From contig JAQVMQ010000003.1 in assembly GCA_028703535.1 (NCBI GenBank), positions 1-48,816 of the forward strand: 48,816 nt of DNA, in the 5' to 3' direction. The notes beneath the pieces are model-generated. The model saw only the letters and a program-made list of their open reading frames with translations. It was not told the DNA's origin and ran no database searches. The DNA comes from Candidatus Omnitrophota bacterium. Its GTDB lineage: Bacteria > Omnitrophota > Gorgyraeia > Duberdicusellales > 4484-171. Below are positions 36,385-45,450 of the stretch, piece by piece. Each line of letters opens with the position of its first letter. The stretch's first letter is position 1. The translations under genes were made by a program, and so were the position numbers.

Positions 36385-36558
36385 TCTCAGTATCATAACC
36401 AGCAACCATAATTTAAGTGATTAGCTGGTCCCGTGAATAAAGTAATGGTCCCGAGAGCGAAGCGAATCGGGAAAGATAAAACTAAATAAAGGTTAGATAT
36501 AAGATACTTCGAGACCACTCTCAGTATCATAAAAAATCAAAGTAAAACTAAATAAAGG
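36385..36558. repeat. Duplicated leader segment; the first copy carries a 78-bp hairpin-containing insert
   Basis: tctcagtatcataa at 36385 and 36519. taaaactaaataaagg at 36477 and 36543. The insert 36399-36476 contains hairpins accagc/gctggt and tcccga/tcggga. Confidence 0.7.
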
Positions 36559-36567
36559 ACATTTTTT

Positions 36568-37512
36568 ATGAAAATACTTGTGACAGGCGCGACAGGGTTT
36601 ATAGGTAGAAATCTTGTACGAAAATTAGTAATTTTATATCCTGAGGCACAAATAACATGTCTCGTGCGCTGTACAAGCAATACGACATCTATAAATGACC
36701 TGGGTCTTAAGTTTATTATAACTGATATCTCAGATTATAACGAATTAATAAAGATCAATACAGTTTATGATTTTATATTTCATTGTGCCGGTTGCGTTAG
36801 CAACAAAAGTAAAACTTTATTAAAAAAATACAATATAGAGGCAACTGAAAATGTTTATCGTTATGCCTTGGAGACCGGTTCAGGAAAAGTTATATACACA
36901 AGCTCTGTCGCAACAGTAAGCGGTAACCCTCAGAACCCGTTAACCGAAAATTTGCCGTATATGGTGAGCAATCTGTATGGCTGGTCTAAAATGGAAGCAG
37001 AGAAGTCTGCCATCAAATACCGTGCGCTTGGTGTTAAAACAGCAATAATACGGCCTACCATGATATACGGCAAAGACGAGCCGCATTTATTGAAATTAAT
37101 AGTCAATTTGATAAAACACCGTCTATTTTTTATATGGGGTAACGCGGACATAAAATTCCATTTAGTATATATTGATAATGTAGTAGATTGCCTTATAGAC
37201 GCCATGTCAAATAACGGGTATCTTGCCGGTACATATTTTATCTCAGACAATGAAGTACTGACGTTCGGTCAAGTTATGGATATAATAGCCAGTGCGTTAC
37301 ATGTAAGGCCGCCAATACGTATGTCGAAAAAAATAATAAATATACTCCGAAAAATACCTATTATAAAAGACAAAATTAATGCCGTATTTAAAGACAGAGA
37401 GTTCCCAAACGCCGCACTTAAATCAATAGGATTTATCCCGCAATATGAAGCGAGAAATGCCCTTATGTTGACCGCAAAATCTATTGCCGAAAGACCTTCA
37501 AAAAAGAGCTAA
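36568..37512 (+). CDS. NAD-dependent epimerase/dehydratase (extended SDR)
   Basis: VTGATGFIGRNL Rossmann motif and YGWSK (YxxxK) catalytic motif. Confidence 0.8.
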   Translation: MKILVTGATGFIGRNLVRKLVILYPEAQITCLVRCTSNTTSINDLGLKFIITDISDYNELIKINTVYDFIFHCAGCVSNKSKTLLKKYNIEATENVYRYALETGSGKVIYTSSVATVSGNPQNPLTENLPYMVSNLYGWSKMEAEKSAIKYRALGVKTAIIRPTMIYGKDEPHLLKLIVNLIKHRLFFIWGNADIKFHLVYIDNVVDCLIDAMSNNGYLAGTYFISDNEVLTFGQVMDIIASALHVRPPIRMSKKIINILRKIPIIKDKINAVFKDREFPNAALKSIGFIPQYEARNALMLTAKSIAERPSKKS

Positions 37513-37945
37513 GCTGCGTCTTTGTATTGCTTACCGGTATATTTGATAAATTGATAGCAATATGTGTGTACGTACTATAAACATGCAATCCACAATATAA
37601 TCAGCTGTTGAATATAAAGCCCGTATTATGAGTAAAAAAACATATATATTTGCCACGAAAATCGGGAGTTCTTTTAAAGACAAATATCTTAATTGAGTAA
37701 GTATTTTCAATTACTAGATTACTTCCTATAATATATCTTATGTTAACTTTTACAATATAGTCATTTTAAGCTTTTAATTAATAAATACAATGTTTTTTCT
37801 TCTCTTTTATTTTTTTAGAGCTTCTTATCAATTCTACCTTTGAGTTATTAAACTACATATATGGTTATATATCTGTCTGTGGTTTTAAAAGGTATCATAA
37901 CTTGCCGTAAATAGCCGTTTTCCTGAGTTATTTTATGGGTCTTTA

Positions 37946-38896
37946 TTAAAGATATATTCCGGCCAGATCTTCATCAGTATCGTAATCCTGCGCCCATCCG
38001 TCTATGTCGAGTTTTATCATCTCATTTACCACGATATCGTATTCTTCAGGAGATACTCTGCGATTGATTTCAGGGTAATCCCTGGCCGTAAAATACGGCT
38101 GGAATTGACACATCAAACTGACCTTAAAATCGGTAAGATTCGCACTCAGCCAATTGATTATTTTTACCGATTTATCTGCACATCCTGGAAGCACAAGATG
38201 CCTGACTATCAGCCCGCGTTTCATCATGCCGTCTGAGTCCATAACCGTGCGCGATACCTGCCGCTGCATTTCTTTTAAAGACTCACTGCATCGTAAAAAA
38301 TAATCTTCAGCTTTAGAATATTTTTTTGATACGTCACTATCAATATATTTCATATCCGGAAGGTATACATCAATTATACCGTCTAATAGCTCAATTATAT
38401 CTCTTTTTTCATAACCTGAGGTATTATAAACAATAGGCAGGTTTAATCCGCGGTCAAACGCATTATCCAGTGCTTTGAGTATATACGGCAAATAATGTGT
38501 CGGCGTTACCAGATTAATATTATGGGCACCGTCAGTCTGCAAACGTATCATCTTATCAGCGACATCTTCAATGGTATTTTTTTCGCCGTTTGGAAAATGA
38601 GAAAACTTGTAATTTTGACAATAAACACATCTCAAAGGACAACCTGAAAAAAAAATCGTACCGCTGCCCCCGCTGCCGCTTATTACAGGCTCTTCTCCCT
38701 TATGAAGAAAATTTGAATATATCAAAATATCATTACCTGCCGAACATATGCCGCGCTCACCGTGAATCCGGTCAACACCGCATTCACGAGGACATAGATC
38801 GCATCTGGATAAACGTTCATTAAGACCTGAAACAATTTTTTTTATAAGATTCTGTTTTTTTCTCATATTTTTATAATAGCCGGTTAATATAGCCAA
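37946..38896 (-). CDS. Radical SAM protein, PflX-like (COG1313-type activase homologue)
   Basis: N-terminal CDLCPRECGVDR cysteine cluster plus CPLRCVYCQN radical SAM motif. Confidence 0.65.
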   Translation of the reverse strand: MAILTGYYKNMRKKQNLIKKIVSGLNERLSRCDLCPRECGVDRIHGERGICSAGNDILIYSNFLHKGEEPVISGSGGSGTIFFSGCPLRCVYCQNYKFSHFPNGEKNTIEDVADKMIRLQTDGAHNINLVTPTHYLPYILKALDNAFDRGLNLPIVYNTSGYEKRDIIELLDGIIDVYLPDMKYIDSDVSKKYSKAEDYFLRCSESLKEMQRQVSRTVMDSDGMMKRGLIVRHLVLPGCADKSVKIINWLSANLTDFKVSLMCQFQPYFTARDYPEINRRVSPEEYDIVVNEMIKLDIDGWAQDYDTDEDLAGIYL

Positions 38897-38921
38897 ACCA
38901 AATGCGGTAGCTGAACCTAAT

Positions 38922-39458
38922 TTACCTTATCTGTTTTCTATATATTTTTCTTATTTCTGATAAGACAGATATATATTTATCTGTCTTAAAATCAGGATAT
39001 GTAGTCGGCAATACCTGAAAAGTCCCTGCCTTGTATTGAAGAGTGACTTCCGCGAATATACCTTTGCCGATGGCTATACGGTGCGCGTAGTCTTTTGTCG
39101 TTATTAAAACAAATTTTGCTTCAGTTAAATACCCCGGATCAATGTTTACACGCCTGTTACCTTTGACAGACAGCCCGGATTCAATGTGCATTATAGCGCG
39201 CTTTATTTTTACAAAATCATCCTGTCCACGTAATTTAATAAATGAGATAAGTCTCTTATAAAGCGGCCGGCCCATTTCGGGACAATAGTAATCAGTTTCT
39301 GAAAAAGACATTTTGTCTGTTTCATAGTCAGTCTTACCGAATTTTTTTAATAATTTATCTTTCGCATTGGCATAATCCGTCTCAGATGAATATATCAAGC
39401 CTATTACCAGTTTTACTTCAACAGGCTTTTTTAGCTTAAGATACGCGTTAACGGACAT
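38922..39458 (-). CDS. DUF4416 family protein
   Basis: The pattern KLVIGLIYS...FSETDYYCPEMG...RVNIDPGYL...LITTKDYAHRI...TYPDF matches my recollection of DUF4416. Confidence 0.55.
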   Translation of the reverse strand: MSVNAYLKLKKPVEVKLVIGLIYSSETDYANAKDKLLKKFGKTDYETDKMSFSETDYYCPEMGRPLYKRLISFIKLRGQDDFVKIKRAIMHIESGLSVKGNRRVNIDPGYLTEAKFVLITTKDYAHRIAIGKGIFAEVTLQYKAGTFQVLPTTYPDFKTDKYISVLSEIRKIYRKQIR

Positions 39459-39461
39459 TTT

Positions 39462-39845
39462 TTAGTTATGTTTACTATCAAAGACAGGCTTTTGGGCTTT
39501 TTCGGCAGAATCAATGTATTTCTCAAGTATTTTCTTATCTTTAGGTGCTATATCACTGAAGAAGATACCTACATAATATAGACCCGCGCCATTATCCCTT
39601 ATATACTCACGGCGGACTATTACCCCTTCACAATTAACTTTTTTTACTGTATTGGTTTTATTTTTTTTGACAGGTATCAAAAGAACGACATTAAGCTTAG
39701 TCATTAATTCAAGGGGCTTATCAATTGAACAATAAGCACCACTCACAGAAATATTCTTGGTTTCTGTCAATATGTCGTTTTCGCCGCCCGCTAACTTCAG
39801 TGGCAAAACTTTCTCAAACCGCTTATGTTGTCTTCTTTCCTGCAT
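39462..39845 (-). CDS. PilZ domain protein
   Basis: RRQHKR (RxxxR) and NISVSG (NxSxxG) motifs; 127 aa. Confidence 0.7.
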   Translation of the reverse strand: MQERRQHKRFEKVLPLKLAGGENDILTETKNISVSGAYCSIDKPLELMTKLNVVLLIPVKKNKTNTVKKVNCEGVIVRREYIRDNGAGLYYVGIFFSDIAPKDKKILEKYIDSAEKAQKPVFDSKHN

Positions 39846-39913
39846 AACTTTATCCTAAAAAACAATCTCAACAAAAAAGATATAATAAAACTTTTATTAG
39901 CTTAATCAATATA

Positions 39914-40060
39914 CTATGCTGACTGTTTCTTTTGAAGGAAAGTTTTAAAGCAGGTCTTATTGCAATAATGGCCGCCATCTTTGTAATACCAGGTCGACCT
40001 TAAAAGAGACTTATTGCAATTTCCGCAGTTTTTTCTTTTTGCTTCGCTTCTTTTACTCAT
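39914..40060 (-). CDS. 48-aa zinc-ribbon/TRASH-like small protein (absent from the ORF track)
   Basis: Manual translation MSKRSEAKRKNCGNCNKSLLRSTWYYKDGGHYCNKTCFKTFLQKKQSA with CxxC-x17-CxxxC. It lies between two PilZ genes on the same strand. The RBS is weak. Confidence 0.4.
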   Translation of the reverse strand: MSKRSEAKRKNCGNCNKSLLRSTWYYKDGGHYCNKTCFKTFLQKKQSA

Positions 40061-40077
40061 TTTTTTACCTTATTAAT

Positions 40078-40404
40078 TTATTGATATACTTGACAAAGAA
40101 AATCAGTTATTGTGCGCTTGCTGGTTGAGGGTACATCGACGAAACGCAGTCCGGCAGAAAAACGCTCTGCCAATCGTTCTTTATTACACCACATAACTTC
40201 AGCTTTCACTCTTATTATCTTATCAATCAGGTTTATATTAACCTTGAAATTCTCGCCTTTCACTAAAAAATCATCAGTAAGTATTTTTACACCGTTCTCA
40301 CTAAGGTCTTTACTTACGGTGTAAAAAAAACTCTTTTTTCCGGCCAAATCACATTCAACCGGAAAAGATATGCCAATTCTTGGTTCTATACGTCTTTCAT
40401 CCAT
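40078..40404 (-). CDS. PilZ domain protein
   Basis: RRIEPR (RxxxR) and DLSENG (DxSxxG) motifs; 108 aa. Confidence 0.7.
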   Translation of the reverse strand: MDERRIEPRIGISFPVECDLAGKKSFFYTVSKDLSENGVKILTDDFLVKGENFKVNINLIDKIIRVKAEVMWCNKERLAERFSAGLRFVDVPSTSKRTITDFLCQVYQ

Positions 40405-40450
40405 TGTTTATTATCTCTTGTTTGATATTTGTAAAGAAAATATACCATAT

Positions 40451-41557
40451 TCATACATATTTGTCAATGTACCCTGGAAATTTTTTAAGTGTCTGCCGCA
40501 CAAGGTCTAAAGAAATATCAGAAACCACCTCTACTCTGCCTATTTTGGACAATAACACCATACGCACAGTACCACCCGAAAATTTCTTGTCATAGACGAG
40601 TTTTTTAAATAGCTGTTTTGGCTCATATTTAGCGGTTACAGGCAAATTATAAGCTTGAATAAGGGTAATGACCGCCTTAACCTCATTTTCGCTTGTTTTG
40701 CCCATAATATACGATAAATATGCTGCATAGGCCATGCCGATTGCTACAGCCTCGCCATGAGTTATCTTCTTGAATGAAGTTATACCTTCCAAAGCATGCG
40801 CGAAAGTGTGCCCGAAATTAAGTATAGTGCGTAAACCCGATTTTTCCGTTTCGTCACGGCTGACCACCATAGCCTTACACTTTGCAGATACAGCGACGAG
40901 ATTAGTCAATGCTTTGGGCTCTCTGGAAAGTATCTTGAGTTTATTAACTTTTAAAAAATTAAAAAAATCTTTATCCATGATTATCCCGTATTTAATAGCT
41001 TCAGCAATGCCTTGATTAAAATCATCATCAGTTAAGGTCCTAAGAAATTCGATATCCGTGATAACACGTTTGGGCTGGTAAAATGTACCAACAATATTTT
41101 TTACACCGTTAAAATCGATGGCTGTCTTACCGCCTATACTTGAATCAACCTGCGCAAGCAAAGTTGTCGGAACTTGAATTACCGGTATACCGCGCTTATA
41201 GACGGATGCGGCAAATCCCGCAAGATCGCCTACAGTACCTCCGCCAACGGCGACGATATATATTGTCCTGGAGACTTTGTCAAAACCCATTATCCGGTTT
41301 AAAGTGCGTAAAAACACTTCTTTGGATTTTGCCGACTCACCATTAGGTACAACAATAATACCCGCTGTGTTTTTATCCCCAAAAATTTTCAAAAACTGAA
41401 GTTTGTAAAGTTGATAAACTTTCGAAGAAGTGATTACAACCGGATAATTACCAGTTTTCAAACTTTCAAATAATTTTCTGGATTTTAAGAAATTATTTGC
41501 ACCTATAACAACCTCATAGGAGTTCTCTTTTATCTTTACTTTTATATTTTTAGTCAT
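40451..41557 (-). CDS. aroB: 3-dehydroquinate synthase
   Basis: GGGTVGDLAGFAAS, TLLAQVDSSIGGKT, and a HTFAHALE metal-binding region; 368 aa. Confidence 0.9.
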   Translation of the reverse strand: MTKNIKVKIKENSYEVVIGANNFLKSRKLFESLKTGNYPVVITSSKVYQLYKLQFLKIFGDKNTAGIIVVPNGESAKSKEVFLRTLNRIMGFDKVSRTIYIVAVGGGTVGDLAGFAASVYKRGIPVIQVPTTLLAQVDSSIGGKTAIDFNGVKNIVGTFYQPKRVITDIEFLRTLTDDDFNQGIAEAIKYGIIMDKDFFNFLKVNKLKILSREPKALTNLVAVSAKCKAMVVSRDETEKSGLRTILNFGHTFAHALEGITSFKKITHGEAVAIGMAYAAYLSYIMGKTSENEVKAVITLIQAYNLPVTAKYEPKQLFKKLVYDKKFSGGTVRMVLLSKIGRVEVVSDISLDLVRQTLKKFPGYIDKYV

Positions 41558-41558
41558 A

Positions 41559-42161
41559 TTAAATCACTCCGTCTATACCTATAATAAATAGTATACTCCT
41601 AACAATCGGCGTAAGCAAATATTTACAACCCCCGGCAAAAATAAAAAAAACAAAAAATAAAAATGATAGCCAGACGTTTGAGAAATATTTTTCCATTATA
41701 CGGTTTGGCCATATAACCATGATTATTCTGGCACCGTCTAACGGCGCAAAAGGCAACAGGTTAAAAACAAAAAGATATATATTTATTGCCGAAAAAATTA
41801 TCCATATTTCAGATAGCCACAAAAGATTTAGCCTATAGGAAAAAGCAAAAAATATACCCAAAAACAAGTTAACTAACGGGCCGCTTAAACATATCTTTAT
41901 AATATCCTGTTTAGGGCGGCGAAGCTGTGCAGGATTTATAGGTATAGGTTTAGCGTAACCGATAGGCAAAAAACCTGCTGTAAGCAAAAGGAACAAAGGC
42001 AGACAACATGTCCCAAACATATCAATATGCGCAATCGGATTTAATGTATTACGTTTGTTAAATCGTACTGTAGGATCGCCCAACTTGTCTGCGGCATAAC
42101 CGTGGATATACTCATGAAGACAAATGAAAAAAATTGTTGAGACAAAAATGACCGCCGTCAT
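41559..42161 (-). CDS. Site-2 protease family (M50) membrane metalloprotease
   Basis: HEYIHG (HExxH) and NLLPFAPLDG motifs; polytopic membrane protein. Confidence 0.75.
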   Translation of the reverse strand: MTAVIFVSTIFFICLHEYIHGYAADKLGDPTVRFNKRNTLNPIAHIDMFGTCCLPLFLLLTAGFLPIGYAKPIPINPAQLRRPKQDIIKICLSGPLVNLFLGIFFAFSYRLNLLWLSEIWIIFSAINIYLFVFNLLPFAPLDGARIIMVIWPNRIMEKYFSNVWLSFLFFVFFIFAGGCKYLLTPIVRSILFIIGIDGVI

Positions 42162-43075
42162 TTGTTTTTGGTCTCCGCATCGTCTATCTTTAATTTATTT
42201 AATTGAATTAAACGCTGTTTGGCTTTTTCTATCTGCGCAAAAGTAAGTTTTCTTTCACGCGCGAGATAATAATACGGCTCTTTATTTTTATTGTCAGGCA
42301 TCAATATATCCTGAGCTATATCAAGATAAAAAGCATCAGACAAAAGATCATCACCCCGTACTTTATTAATGTACTTTCCGGCAAGAAGAACATCGTTTTT
42401 TGCAAGTTCGGATATTACCGATATAAGCCCATAAACTCCTTCCGGTTTGACAACAGGATAATAAGCTTCAAGTTCCGGTAATATTCTACGACCCATAGCC
42501 GTTAATTTGTTACGCGCCGATATGCGCTGCTGTAAATTGGCATCGGCAAGTTCGTTAAGCAGATTTTTTATTTTATTATTTAATTCGATCGCGGCTTTCC
42601 GTCTTTGCAGTACAGGATTATCTTCTTTGGCAACTAACGATAAAAATTTGTTATTTACCCAACCGCATATATACGGATAGGCAGAGATCTTATACCAGCC
42701 GCTATTCTTTGCTAACGCAATAAGTTCAGTATCTTTTGATACTTGCCCTATTATAGGCGCATTAATAGATGCATCAGCACGAATATTAAGACTGTCTGCC
42801 GATACTTTTATTTTATTAGGTTTATCGAGCGAAACATAATCTTCGCTGACATATCCGTAAAAACCTTTTTCAGGCAGAACTATCTTTGCCCAGCCATAAG
42901 CACGCTTAATGACTTCAACCTGTGTATTCTGCGGTAGACTGCCAAATGATTCAGCAGAAACCGTTGAGTCAACCCGCACATTGACACCGTCATTGTTAAT
43001 GTAATATTTCTGTCCGCAAAAACCCTGGCAGATAAATAATAAAGAAATAATTAAAAACGCGATTATTTTTTTCAT
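42158..43075 (-). CDS. Secreted protein with two SH3b-like domains and a helical C-terminal region
   Basis: Signal peptide and repeated (D/S)GVNVR / LNIRADAS ... GW(A/Y)KI bacterial SH3 signatures. Confidence 0.55.
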   Translation of the reverse strand: MKKIIAFLIISLLFICQGFCGQKYYINNDGVNVRVDSTVSAESFGSLPQNTQVEVIKRAYGWAKIVLPEKGFYGYVSEDYVSLDKPNKIKVSADSLNIRADASINAPIIGQVSKDTELIALAKNSGWYKISAYPYICGWVNNKFLSLVAKEDNPVLQRRKAAIELNNKIKNLLNELADANLQQRISARNKLTAMGRRILPELEAYYPVVKPEGVYGLISVISELAKNDVLLAGKYINKVRGDDLLSDAFYLDIAQDILMPDNKNKEPYYYLARERKLTFAQIEKAKQRLIQLNKLKIDDAETKNK

Positions 43076-43081
43076 CGCAGA

Positions 43082-43303
43082 TTATTTCTTTCCCTTTGCT
43101 CCGTCCTTCTTCTCATCTTTTGCGACTTTTTCTTTCTTACCGCTCTTCATCTTAATGACTTTTATCTTAGGCAGCCCCAATACATCTGATTCTTCAGTCC
43201 ACTTACCTTTTTCTTTAAGCCATTTTATTCTGTCAGTACGCGTCATAATAGACTTTTGACCGCCAAAACCACCAGCACGTTTTAGTGAAGCATGCATACT
43301 CAT
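43082..43303 (-). CDS. Small basic protein (TIGR04137-like pattern)
   Basis: MSMHASLKRAGGFGGQKSIMTRTDRIKWLKEKGKW...LGLPK, 73 aa and Lys-rich. Confidence 0.4.
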   Translation of the reverse strand: MSMHASLKRAGGFGGQKSIMTRTDRIKWLKEKGKWTEESDVLGLPKIKVIKMKSGKKEKVAKDEKKDGAKGKK

Positions 43304-43329
43304 TTTCTTACCTCCTTAAAAACCGGCAT

Positions 43330-43884
43330 TTATAACCGGTATTTTTTCACGAATCCGTCTTTATATTTTTTCTTAAGTTTATTAAGTTCTTTTTCAGCTT
43401 CAGCTTTGCTATTAAAAGTACCGACATAAACGACATAATAATCGTTAGAAGTCTTTTTAGTAATCACGCCAAAGCCTTTCGATTCCAGATCATCCGATTC
43501 TTTTTTTGCGCGCGTTTCCGCTTTATAGCTTGCTACCTGGATTACATACCCTTCCTGCTGCATAGTCTCCTGTACTGCGTTGTTATCTGACACAGTTTCG
43601 CTTAAAACAGGCGCTTGCTCATTAATCAAAGCTTCTTGTCTGGTTTCAGAATATACCTGCGCCTCTGCCGGAAGGACTTCACGGGAAACAGTCTGCTTCT
43701 GTTCTTTCAAATAAGCCAATTTACGGCCGCGTTCTACACCTAACGAAAACGCGACAATCAATAGAAGACCAACTATTACAAGCCCTAAAACAAGAGTATC
43801 ACGCGGTAAAGTTATCGTCGTGCGCTGTGTACCAAATTTAGGTGTTTCCTGATAACCAAATAAATGTAACTGTTTGCCTTTCAT
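43330..43884 (-). CDS. SPOR domain-containing membrane protein (start revised to ATG 43884)
   Basis: C-terminal YVIQVASYKAETRAKKESDDLESKGF...YVVYVGTFNSKAEAEKELNKLKK SPOR repeat. GGAGA lies 6-7 nt upstream of the ATG at 43884. The ORF-track start at 43944 would overlap the HD-GYP gene. Confidence 0.65.
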   Translation of the reverse strand: MKGKQLHLFGYQETPKFGTQRTTITLPRDTLVLGLVIVGLLLIVAFSLGVERGRKLAYLKEQKQTVSREVLPAEAQVYSETRQEALINEQAPVLSETVSDNNAVQETMQQEGYVIQVASYKAETRAKKESDDLESKGFGVITKKTSNDYYVVYVGTFNSKAEAEKELNKLKKKYKDGFVKKYRL

Positions 43885-43934
43885 ATAGTTCTCCAAAAGC
43901 AACAGCGAGTAAAAATGACCAATATTATATTTCC

Positions 43935-44975
43935 TTATAGACAAGAACGCAAGTGTTTTTTTATGTCAGCTTTATCTATGACTTTAAGGAAAACTTCTAC
44001 AACTTTACCGTCAAATTGTTTACCCGATTGCTTTTTAAATTCATTTTTTATCATATCAAGTGATATTTTACCTTTATAAGGACGGCCGAAATACATAGCA
44101 TCAAATGCGTCGATAATTGCCAATATACGCGCGCCGAGAGGGATTTGCTGTTTCTTTAAACCCGACGGATACCCCTTACCGTCATAACGTTCATGATGAT
44201 GTCTTATTATCGGCAATGCCGGCTTAAGCATTTCCATATTTTTAAGCATATCCGCCCCCGCATTAGGATGTTTACGCAATACATCATATTCATCCTGTGT
44301 CAACGTAGCTTTTTTGTTAAGCAATTCTGTCGGCACCTCGGTTTTCCCCGCGTCGTGCAGTAATGATGCATATTCCAAAGCGTTTATCTCCTTTTCTGTT
44401 AACCGCATCTCTTTTCCCATTTCTTTAACCAATTTGATAACACCGCTCGTATGCAAATACGATGTCGGCACGAATTGATGAAGCATGCGTGTTAAGGATT
44501 TTACATAATTCACCATCAAGCGTTTTTCGTCACGTCGCATAGCCAATAATTTAACGCCTAAACTCATTGTTTCACAAAGTGATAAAAACCAACGCTGTTC
44601 CCATTCCAGAAATTCGGTTTTACGCCGTAAATATACACCGCCCAGCGTTTCTCCAAAATTAAACGGCGACATCATTCTCTTGCCTTGAGTTATCTCCCGT
44701 TCACTGGCAAATATTTCTCGTTCACGTATAGTTAAAATAGACTTACCGCCCGACTTTACTGTTTGGGTTTTACCGTCGAATTTGACTTTAAGCAAAGGGT
44801 ACGAACCTGCATGTTTAAATACGATTACAATCTTATCAGCAGCAAGGGAATTTTTAAAAACACGGCCTATACCTAAGGCAAAAGTTCTCTGGTCCTCTGA
44901 AGAATTGGCAAGCCGGTATACCATATGATATGTAGAAAATATTTTATTATATCTTTTCATCAGTACTCCATTCAT
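43935..44975 (-). CDS. HD-GYP domain phosphodiesterase
   Basis: HDAGK, then HHERYDGKGYPSGL (HHExxDGxGYP), then IIDAFDAM. Confidence 0.8.
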   Translation of the reverse strand: MNGVLMKRYNKIFSTYHMVYRLANSSEDQRTFALGIGRVFKNSLAADKIVIVFKHAGSYPLLKVKFDGKTQTVKSGGKSILTIREREIFASEREITQGKRMMSPFNFGETLGGVYLRRKTEFLEWEQRWFLSLCETMSLGVKLLAMRRDEKRLMVNYVKSLTRMLHQFVPTSYLHTSGVIKLVKEMGKEMRLTEKEINALEYASLLHDAGKTEVPTELLNKKATLTQDEYDVLRKHPNAGADMLKNMEMLKPALPIIRHHHERYDGKGYPSGLKKQQIPLGARILAIIDAFDAMYFGRPYKGKISLDMIKNEFKKQSGKQFDGKVVEVFLKVIDKADIKKHLRSCL

Positions 44976-45450
44976 CTTTAATTAGCATATAAAAATTATC
45001 CAGACTTTGAGATATAATTTTTGTGTCAAAAATTACAGGCATGAAATTAGTATCTCCATCCCAACGTGGAACTATATGTACATGAATATGTTCTTTTATC
45101 CCTGCACCGGAATGTTGCCCTATATTCATTCCGATATTAAAGCCTTTCGGCTTGATAGTTTTCTTAAGTTTCTTTATCGCGTTAATCATTACAGTATTTA
45201 TATCCAAAACTTCGGTATCTGTCAAATTTTCCATACCAGCAATATGCCTGTTAGGCACAACCATCAAATGCCCGTTATTATACGGATATTTATTTAAAAT
45301 GACAAAACAATGTTTTGACCGGTGAACCACAAGATTTTTTTCGTCTTTTTTAGACTTTAAAACTTTACAGAAAATACACCCCTTCTCCGGAACAGTTTTC
45401 TGAACATAATCAATACGCCATGGCGCCCATATACGATCATTTTTAGTCAC
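44947..45450 (-). CDS. HIT family nucleotide hydrolase/transferase
   Basis: Histidine triad HIHVHIVPR and an N-terminal WAPWRIDYV pattern. Confidence 0.8.
   Translation of the reverse strand: MTKNDRIWAPWRIDYVQKTVPEKGCIFCKVLKSKKDEKNLVVHRSKHCFVILNKYPYNNGHLMVVPNRHIAGMENLTDTEVLDINTVMINAIKKLKKTIKPKGFNIGMNIGQHSGAGIKEHIHVHIVPRWDGDTNFMPVIFDTKIISQSLDNFYMLIKDEWSTDEKI

Noticed and set aside
37513-37945. The 433-bp ORF-free AT-rich gap between convergent genes as a hidden RNA gene or mobile-element scar
   Set aside because: I found no stable GC-containing helices, repeats, terminal inverted repeats or conserved motifs by eye. Only trivial ORFs of about 22 codons or fewer are present. It is probably just a convergent terminator/spacer region.
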